Assembly: GCA_964422415.1 (NCBI GenBank)
Contig: CAYRBI010000008.1
Coordinates: forward strand, 3,336 to 67,335
Direction of reading: 5' to 3'
Length of the DNA stretch: 64,000 bases
From: an uncultured bacterium
GTDB taxonomy: Bacteria; Hinthialibacterota; Hinthialibacteria; OLB16
Under the pieces are notes generated by a model. It saw only the letters and a list, made by a program, of their open reading frames with translations. It made no database searches and was not told where the DNA came from. This document shows positions 57,321 through 64,000 of the stretch, piece after piece. Positions within the stretch are counted from its first letter, which is position 1, and each line of letters begins with the position of its first letter. Made by a program: the position numbers and the translations under genes.

Positions 57321-59108
57321 CTACGGTACAAGTTCGTTATACCGGCCTCGTTTTACATACTCCGTATGCAATAGTTCATGGGACTTATGCCCCAAGGGCT
57401 CTCCAAGAAATTCCTCGTAGAGCTGCTGGATGAAGGGATTCTCATGTGACATGCGCTTCTCTTTGCCAGCATCTTCGGCGTAGATGGCACGCATACGCGC
57501 TTGGCGGATCGCCTGGTTGGTGGGTTTGGGTTGGCCACCACCGCTCAAGCAACCACCGGGGCATCCCATCACCTCAATGAAATGATACTGTGGAACCACA
57601 CCGGCCGCCACTTGGTGCATCAACATGCTCGCGCCGGCCAATCCACTGGTGACCGCCACGCGGACAGTGAAACCCTCCAGGAAGGCATACTCCGGCTTGG
57701 CGCCCTCGATCTTCAATTCCGCTGTCTTGACCTGCTCAAGTCCGCGAACCGGGGTGATATCCAGATGCTCGAAGGGCACTGGACGCCCTGTAACCAGTTC
57801 GTAAACCGTGCGGATGGCGGCCTCCATCACTCCGCCGGTGGCTCCAAAGATATCGGCGGCGCCGGTCGAGAAACCCAACGGCTCATCAAACTTGCCATCC
57901 GGAAGCTCCTGGAAGTCGATACCCGCTTCTTTGATCATCCGGGCGAGTTCACGTGTGGTGATTGAGACATCCACTGTCGGTAACTCATTATGGAACATCT
58001 CGGGCCGGGTGACCTCGAACTTCTTCGCCGTGCAGGGCATGATCGAGACCACGAAGATATCTTTGGGATCCACCCCAATCTTCTCGGCATAGTAGGTCTT
58101 CAACAGCGCCCCCAACATCATCTGGGGTGACTTACAGGTGGACAGGTGGTCAAGCAGATCCGGGTATTCGTGTTCGATATTCTTGATCCAGCCCGGCGAG
58201 CAGGAGGTAATCATGGGCAGGACCGCATTGCCACCGGTGAGGGCTTCCTTGACCCGGTGCAGGAATTCAGAGCCTTCCTCCATGATGGTGAGATCCGCGG
58301 CGAAGTTGGTGTCGAAGACATCATCAAATCCCATCTCACGCAGCGCGGTCACCATCTTGCCCGTCACTAAAGTGCCCGCTGGATAGCCGAACTCCTCACC
58401 CAAAGCCGCGCGGATAGCGGGTGCGGTCTGGACGATCACACGCTTGCTGGGATCATGTAACGCCGTCCATACCACGTTGGTGTTGTCCTGAGCCATTAAA
58501 GCCCCCACTGGACAAACCAGGACACACTGTCCGCAATTGGCACAGTTGGCGGTGTTCAGGGTCAGGCCCTCCGCCGGTCCAACCATGGACTTAAAGCCAC
58601 GGTGTTGAACGTTAAGCACTCCCACCCCCTGGATCTGGTTACACACCGTCACGCAACGGCGGCAGAGGATACACTTGGAACTGTCGCGGATGATCGAGGG
58701 GCTGGAATCATCCACCAGGTCCTTCGATTTCTCACCCTCAAAACGGTATTCGGAGATATGGATCAACTCGCCCAAACGTTGAAACTCGCAGTTCTGGTTG
58801 CGGTAGCAGCTCAGGCAGTTGCGGGGATGGTCGGAGAGCATCAGCTCATACAGAATCTTGCGGGCGGTATGGATTCTGGCCGTGTTCGTCTGGACCTTCA
58901 TCCCCTCGCGGACCGTTACCATGCACGAGGCTTGGAGATTCCTTGCACCCTCGATCTCAACGACACAGATCCGGCAGGCGCCGGCTTGGTGGACACCCTC
59001 CAGATAGCAGAGGGAAGGGATCAGGATATTGTTCTGTTTAGCCGCTTCAAGCACGGAAATCCCCGGCTCGACGGTCACTTCTTTTCCATTAATCGTCAGG
59101 GTTACCAT
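57321..59108 (-). CDS. hydA: [FeFe]-hydrogenase catalytic subunit HydA (multi-cluster, bifurcating-type architecture)
   Basis: N-terminal 2Fe-2S ferredoxin-like domain and ferredoxin-type 4Fe-4S motifs (CILCRRCVTVC, CANCGQCVLVCP). H-domain L2 MPCTAKKFE and L3 EVMGCPGGCLSGGGQP. L1 reads TSCSPGW. Start placed at ATG 59108 after GGAGG. Confidence 0.9.
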   Translation of the reverse strand: MVTLTINGKEVTVEPGISVLEAAKQNNILIPSLCYLEGVHQAGACRICVVEIEGARNLQASCMVTVREGMKVQTNTARIHTARKILYELMLSDHPRNCLSCYRNQNCEFQRLGELIHISEYRFEGEKSKDLVDDSSPSIIRDSSKCILCRRCVTVCNQIQGVGVLNVQHRGFKSMVGPAEGLTLNTANCANCGQCVLVCPVGALMAQDNTNVVWTALHDPSKRVIVQTAPAIRAALGEEFGYPAGTLVTGKMVTALREMGFDDVFDTNFAADLTIMEEGSEFLHRVKEALTGGNAVLPMITSCSPGWIKNIEHEYPDLLDHLSTCKSPQMMLGALLKTYYAEKIGVDPKDIFVVSIMPCTAKKFEVTRPEMFHNELPTVDVSITTRELARMIKEAGIDFQELPDGKFDEPLGFSTGAADIFGATGGVMEAAIRTVYELVTGRPVPFEHLDITPVRGLEQVKTAELKIEGAKPEYAFLEGFTVRVAVTSGLAGASMLMHQVAAGVVPQYHFIEVMGCPGGCLSGGGQPKPTNQAIRQARMRAIYAEDAGKEKRMSHENPFIQQLYEEFLGEPLGHKSHELLHTEYVKRGRYNELVP

Positions 59109-59115
59109 GGTTTGA

Positions 59116-62100
59116 TTACCTCCGGTCACAGCGCAGGCAGCGCATGGCTTCAGCGATGGCGTTCAGTTTGTGGAAACCCACAACGACTTCATCGAAGTTC
59201 TTTTTGCGTAGATCAGCATCGAGGAAACGCATTTGGAAGCGTTCATGCTCGGCCACATCCTTGTCCTCTGAGGGCTTGGGAATTTCAATCGGCTCGCCAG
59301 TGTTCAGCTCGCCATTTCCTCCCAAGTAGCGGTCAATTGAGCGGGCCGCCCTTTTGCCATCCGCGATGGCTTGAATGACCACATCCGGACCACGCACGGC
59401 ATCTCCACCCGAGAACACTCCCGGCATATGGGTCATCAGAGTCTCCGCATCGGTCTTGATGGTACCCCAGCGAGTCACAATGGCCTCGCTCTTCTCGATG
59501 AAGGGCAGGTCGCCATGCTGGCTGACAGCGGGGATCACCATATCGGCCTCCTCGGTCCACTCAGAACCGACAGCGGGCCTGGGCTTGGGCCGTCCAGAAT
59601 CATCATATCCGACGAGTTCCATGCGGATACAGTTGACCCCGTCAACCTTGCCATTGACACCGGTGAAGGCCACGGGCGCCGAAAGGCACTCGATCCGGAT
59701 GCCCTCAGCGGCGGCATCACGGATCTCCTCGGCATCGGCTGGCATCTCCTCCACGGTACGCCGGTATAGAACCGTCACATGCTCAGCACCCAGACGTAGA
59801 GCCGTACGGGCGGCATCAAAGGCGGTACTCCCACCTCCGATTACCACCACCTTCTTGCCAACGCTCACCTTTCTTCCCAAGTTCACATCGCGCAGGAAAT
59901 CAAGGCCGTGATAAACGCCTTCGCGTTCTTCTCCATCCACGCCAATCTTGTTGGGGAACTGGGTTCCAGTGGCGACATAGATGGCGTCATGGCGGGTCCG
60001 TAGTTCATCGAAGCTCACACCCTTGCCAATCTCGATATCGGTGAAGATCCGGACACCCACCTGTTCGATCATCCGGATCTCATGATCCAGAATCTCCTTG
60101 GGAAGCCGGTATTCAGGAATACCAAAAGCGAGCATACCACCCGCCACGGGTTGTGCCTCGTAAACCACCACGTCATAGCCGAGACGAGACAGGTAGTAGC
60201 CACAGGTCAGCCCCGAGGGGCCAGCGCCAATAACTCCCACCGACTTGGATTTCTTGGGGAACACCAAGTCCTTGTAAGGTTCTTCGTTATTGAAGACATA
60301 ATCGGCGGCATACCGTTTGAGATCGCGGATTGCCACGGGTTCATCCAGCTGACCACGGCGGCATTTCTCTTCGCAGGGGTGCGTGCACACACGTCCGCAG
60401 ATGGCTGGGAAGGGATTATCCTTACGGATCAGGTTATAGGCCTCGCGCGGACGGCCAGCCGCGATTAACGCGACATAACCGGGAACATTGACTCCCGCCG
60501 GGCAAGCATTTTCACAGGGCGAGAGAAACAGATCGGCGCATACGCTGGCGCTACAATATCCGTGGCTGATGTGCTCCTCATACTCACTACGGAAATTACG
60601 GATCGTGCTCAGCACAGGGTTGCCAGCGGTCTGGCCTAGACCGCATGTAGCGGTCTCGCGGCAAGCGTTCGCTAGCTCCTCCAGCAACTCGATATCGCCA
60701 TCCTCGCCTTTCCCTTGGGTAAGGCGGGCGAGGATCTCGTGCATCCGTTTGGTTCCAATCCGGCAGGGCACGCACTTACCGCAAGACTCATCTTGGCAGA
60801 AGTCCATGAAGAACCGGGCCACATCCACCATGCAGGCATCCTCGTTCATCACGATCAATCCACCGGAACCCATGATGGTCCCCAAACTACGGAGAGAGTC
60901 AAAATCAACTGGCACATTCAGATGTTGCCGCGTAAGACAGCCGCCCGAAGGCCCACCGGTCTGAGCGGCTTTAAAGCCCTTACCGCCCTTGAGACCGCCA
61001 GCAATACCAAAAATGATTTGACCAAGAGTGGTACCCATGGGGACCTCGATGATCCCGGTGTTCAAGACATCACCCGCCAGGGCGAAAACTTTAGTTCCAG
61101 GACTGCCCTTGGTGCCATAGGTGGTGAACCATTCGGCGGTGTTTGAGATAATCAATGGGACATTGGCGAAAGTCTCGACGTTATTAATGACCGTGGGCCT
61201 TCCGAAAACGCCCGCGTCGGTGGGGAACGGCGGTTTCTGGCGCGGTTCACCACGCCGTCCCTCAATTGAGGCTATCAGCGCAGTCTCCTCGCCACAGACA
61301 AATGCTCCGGCGCCAATGCGGATCTCAATATCGAATGAGAAGGTTGTACCAAGAATGTTTGAACCGAGCAGTCCATGCTTACGGGCCTGGACAATGGCTG
61401 CCTTGAGCCGTTCGATCGCCAAGGGGTACTCCGCGCGTATATAAACGAATCCCCTGTTCGCACCGATTGCATAACCACCGATTATCATCCCCTCGATCAC
61501 TCCATGGGGATCGCCTTCGATCAAGGAGCGGTCCATGAAGGCACCGGGATCTCCTTCGTCGGCATTGCATACAATGTATTTCTGCTCAGACTTGGCGCGA
61601 TACCCGGCCTCCCATTTGATTCCGGTCGGGAATCCTCCACCTCCACGTCCTCGCAACCCTGATTTCTTGATCTCTTCGATGACCCCCTCGGGTGTCATCT
61701 GGCACAACGCCTTCTCCAAAGCGAAGTATCCATCCGCGCCAACATACGCCTCCAGAGAGGAATACGGGATGGATCCACACCGGCCCGTGACCAGCTTCAC
61801 CTGATTCTTGAAGTAGCTGATATCGGCTAGGTGCGTGATATGTTGTTTCCGCTCTTTATCGTAGAAGCATAAAGAATCGACGATTTTCCCACGCACCAGG
61901 TGGGAATAGACGATCTCTTGAACATCTTTGGGTTTCAGATTGCAATAGAAGACCCCATCGGGCTGGACCACGATGATGGGGCCAAGATGGCAGGAACCGA
62001 TACAGCCGGTTTCATGAACCACCACTTGATTCTTGAGCCCTGCATCCTGGAGGCAGTTGAGGAGAGCATCCCGGACAGCCAGGCAACCGGAAGAAATGCA

Positions 62101-62220
62101 TCCACCTCCTCCGCATACCTGCACCTGAAACTTAAATCGTTTTGTTTCCGCCTTATAATGCTGGCGGATTTCTTCAAGATCTTGCTTACTTGAGATAACA
62201 GTTTTTATATCCGCGCTCAT
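59116..62220 (-). CDS. hydB: NuoF-like flavoprotein subunit (HydB) fused to a GltD/NfnB-like NAD(P)H-FAD oxidoreductase module
   Basis: N-terminal Trx-like 2Fe-2S (CGGGGCISSGC ... GCIGSCHLGP), NuoF core (GRGGGGFPTGIKW, CGKCVPCRIG), then GltD-type region (CENACPAGVNVP, NPFPAICGRVCTHPCEEKCRRG, VGVIGAGPSGLTCGYYL, VVVIGGGSTAFDAA). Confidence 0.85.
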   Translation of the reverse strand: MSADIKTVISSKQDLEEIRQHYKAETKRFKFQVQVCGGGGCISSGCLAVRDALLNCLQDAGLKNQVVVHETGCIGSCHLGPIIVVQPDGVFYCNLKPKDVQEIVYSHLVRGKIVDSLCFYDKERKQHITHLADISYFKNQVKLVTGRCGSIPYSSLEAYVGADGYFALEKALCQMTPEGVIEEIKKSGLRGRGGGGFPTGIKWEAGYRAKSEQKYIVCNADEGDPGAFMDRSLIEGDPHGVIEGMIIGGYAIGANRGFVYIRAEYPLAIERLKAAIVQARKHGLLGSNILGTTFSFDIEIRIGAGAFVCGEETALIASIEGRRGEPRQKPPFPTDAGVFGRPTVINNVETFANVPLIISNTAEWFTTYGTKGSPGTKVFALAGDVLNTGIIEVPMGTTLGQIIFGIAGGLKGGKGFKAAQTGGPSGGCLTRQHLNVPVDFDSLRSLGTIMGSGGLIVMNEDACMVDVARFFMDFCQDESCGKCVPCRIGTKRMHEILARLTQGKGEDGDIELLEELANACRETATCGLGQTAGNPVLSTIRNFRSEYEEHISHGYCSASVCADLFLSPCENACPAGVNVPGYVALIAAGRPREAYNLIRKDNPFPAICGRVCTHPCEEKCRRGQLDEPVAIRDLKRYAADYVFNNEEPYKDLVFPKKSKSVGVIGAGPSGLTCGYYLSRLGYDVVVYEAQPVAGGMLAFGIPEYRLPKEILDHEIRMIEQVGVRIFTDIEIGKGVSFDELRTRHDAIYVATGTQFPNKIGVDGEEREGVYHGLDFLRDVNLGRKVSVGKKVVVIGGGSTAFDAARTALRLGAEHVTVLYRRTVEEMPADAEEIRDAAAEGIRIECLSAPVAFTGVNGKVDGVNCIRMELVGYDDSGRPKPRPAVGSEWTEEADMVIPAVSQHGDLPFIEKSEAIVTRWGTIKTDAETLMTHMPGVFSGGDAVRGPDVVIQAIADGKRAARSIDRYLGGNGELNTGEPIEIPKPSEDKDVAEHERFQMRFLDADLRKKNFDEVVVGFHKLNAIAEAMRCLRCDRR

Positions 62221-62326
62221 CTTTCATTCTCATTATCTATAAATATAATAACGCCCGGTTATGTCCGGGTATCAGAATAACTGGATGAAATCGACTCCTA
62301 TCGCCATACGTTCGGAGAACCTGGAA

Positions 62327-62827
62327 TCAATCGCACATCCCCAAAACTTTATGCAGCCGGTCAGGATTGACCTGACGGAGGACTGTGTCATTGATCATAA
62401 CCGCAGGCGCCAGACCACAGGCTCCCATACAACGCATAACCCCCAGCGTGAACTTCTGGTCATGGGTAGTCTCGCCCACTCCGATCCCGAGGATTTCGGT
62501 GAATTTCTTGAGGATTTTGCTTCCTCCCCGGACATAGCAAGCGGTTCCCAAACAGACCCGGATCGAGTATTCACCACGGGGTTTGTCGGAGAAGAAGGAA
62601 TAGAAACTAGTGACTCCATTGACCTCGGAGAGAGGGATATCCATCCGCTCGGCAATGAGCTTTTGGATATGTAAAGGAAGGTATCCATAGACACCTTGGA
62701 CAAGATGGAGGATCTGAATCAAACTCCCGGGCTCGGTTTTGAACTCGTCGATAATCTCCTTCACTCTGACCAGCTTTTCTTGTTCACTCTCTTTACCGCA
62801 CTGACATTGTATGAATGGGGCCTGCAT
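62327..62827 (-). CDS. hydC: NuoE-like thioredoxin-fold 2Fe-2S subunit (HydC)
   Basis: CLGTACYVRG ... CMGACGLAP four-Cys motif. First gene of the hyd operon. Confidence 0.85.
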   Translation of the reverse strand: MQAPFIQCQCGKESEQEKLVRVKEIIDEFKTEPGSLIQILHLVQGVYGYLPLHIQKLIAERMDIPLSEVNGVTSFYSFFSDKPRGEYSIRVCLGTACYVRGGSKILKKFTEILGIGVGETTHDQKFTLGVMRCMGACGLAPAVMINDTVLRQVNPDRLHKVLGMCD

Positions 62828-62923
62828 CGTCCGTTACCTTCCTTCCTTTATAGGTTATCAGCGCGTCATCCGCACTCATTTTACGAAAGATAACATACAC
62901 TTACACTGCCACTTTTGATTATA

Positions 62924-62952
62924 ATAATAGAAGTATTCCATTATGCTGTCAA
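62924..62952 (-). promoter_or_regulatory. candidate sigma70-type promoter of the hydrogenase operon
   Basis: On the minus strand: TTGACA (62952-62947), a 17-nt spacer, then TATTAT (62929-62924). About 95 nt upstream of the hydC start, in an AT-rich 326-nt intergenic region. Confidence 0.4.
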
Positions 62953-63153
62953 GGCTCATATCGAGAAAAAAAGCGCTAATCCATCCTTTTATCATGCGAG
63001 CTATGTATGTTGACAAGATACGTGTTCTGGGTCACATTTCGTTTACCCCTGTCTTCATTATCGATCGGTAAACAGGAAAAACAGAACGACCTGGTAAAGG
63101 TGAAATAAAAGGCAAGGAAATCAGTAGAAATTTCCTTAATCTGGATAGTAAAA

Positions 63154-64000
63154 TCAGGACCCTTCCTGGTTCCTACGCAGAGAAGCGGCCCGATTGTGGA
63201 GAATGTCGGGGCTGCGAGTCACCGCAAGGGCTGCTGCTTCGGAGATCACACCACTCATCCATAGCCGCACGAGATCCTGTTCCAGGGTTTGCATCCCCTT
63301 CTCGGTGCCTGTCTCGATGGCGGAGTAAATTTGCCCAGTACGCCCGGTGGCAATCAGATTGGAGACCGCTGGAGTCACTCTCAGGACTTCGCTGGCAATC
63401 ACCCGCTTCCCTAGGACCTCGCGGGGGTCTCTATCTCCATCAGTGGGCAAGAGGTGCTGGGAAATCACTGCACGCAGCACAAAGGAGAGCTGGCGCCGGA
63501 TCCCCTCCTGTTCTTCTCCTGGGAAGACCGCGATCACCCGTTCGATCGCTCCTGTCGAATCTCCCGCATGAACCGTGGCAAACACCAGGTGGCCCGTCTC
63601 CGCGGCGGCAATCGCGGTCCGCATGGTGGGCAGGTCACGGATCTCCCCCACCAAGATCACATCCGGATCCTGCCTCAGCGCCGCCACGAGAGCATCATAG
63701 AAACTAGGGGCATCAATCCCAATCTGTCTTTGACTGACCAGGCTCATCCGGGAGCGGTGGATGTACTCGACTGGATCTTCGATGGTGATGATATGGCACC
63801 GGCGGCTTGAGTTGACCCGGTCGATCAACGTGGCGAGTGTCGTGCTCTTGCCCGAACTGGTGGGTCCAGCCAAGAGCACAAGGCCCTGCGAGAGATCGCA
63901 AAGTTGATACAGACTCACCGGTAAGCCAAGTTCATCCAGTGGCTGGAAGGTCTGATCCAATCTTCGAATCGCAACCGCCAACTCACCCTGGATTCTGAAG
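63154..64000 (-). CDS. pilT: type IV pilus retraction ATPase PilT (5' end outside the window)
   Basis: Walker A GPTSSGKSTT, IITIEDPVEY, RQDPDVILVGEIRD, ETGHLVFATVH. The reading frame stays open to the window edge (FRIQGELAVAIRRL). Confidence 0.85.
   Translation of the reverse strand, partial: FRIQGELAVAIRRLDQTFQPLDELGLPVSLYQLCDLSQGLVLLAGPTSSGKSTTLATLIDRVNSSRRCHIITIEDPVEYIHRSRMSLVSQRQIGIDAPSFYDALVAALRQDPDVILVGEIRDLPTMRTAIAAAETGHLVFATVHAGDSTGAIERVIAVFPGEEQEGIRRQLSFVLRAVISQHLLPTDGDRDPREVLGKRVIASEVLRVTPAVSNLIATGRTGQIYSAIETGTEKGMQTLEQDLVRLWMSGVISEAAALAVTRSPDILHNRAASLRRNQEGS

Noticed and set aside
59109-59129. Apparent 14-nt overlap between hydB (stop 59116) and the computed hydA ORF start at 59129.
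   Set aside because: A GGAGG RBS precedes the internal ATG at 59108 (MVTLTINGKEV, the usual ferredoxin-like N-terminus). The genes are therefore adjacent, not overlapping.

Overview
This is a gene-dense 64-kb chromosomal window from an anaerobic bacterium. GC is about 55-63% in hand-counted samples, and I cannot place the lineage from sequence alone. In order it holds: a secreted LamG protein; rpsO-pnp; an SGNH esterase; a RelE/ParE-type TA pair; P-II; thiC; a PspA/IM30-led operon (NitT/TauT-type ABC transporter with an SBP-OmpA fusion, a membrane coiled-coil protein, a classical-clade AAA ATPase); an MCP-CheW-CheA cluster next to a sigma54-type response regulator and a hybrid PAS kinase; a rhomboid-like/TPR protein; a NifS-like desulfurase; a CHAD protein; a GS-family enzyme; two HicAB pairs; Fe-ADH; several secreted esterase/BNR-repeat proteins; GH57; an MFS transporter; and a complete [FeFe]-hydrogenase locus on the minus strand (hydC, hydB::gltD fusion, hydA, hydG, aspA-like, hydF, hydE). 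It ends in a 5'-truncated pilT. The stand-out is a ~2.6-kb low-GC island (about 44.63-47.27 kb). It carries a retron-type reverse transcriptase, an msr/msd-like structured non-coding region directly upstream, and two uncharacterised co-oriented ORFs (one HEPN-like, one with a C-terminal winged-helix). I read this as a candidate undescribed retron-type defence system. Other points worth a second look: two families of GC-rich palindromic repeats, one apparently inserted in frame in hydE; a Cys-to-Ser change in the HydA L1 motif; a duplicated and frameshifted RHH gene; and an RGG tail on PNPase. I saw no rRNA, tRNA, CRISPR array, transposase or integrase. All calls rest on motif reading by eye; no database search was possible.
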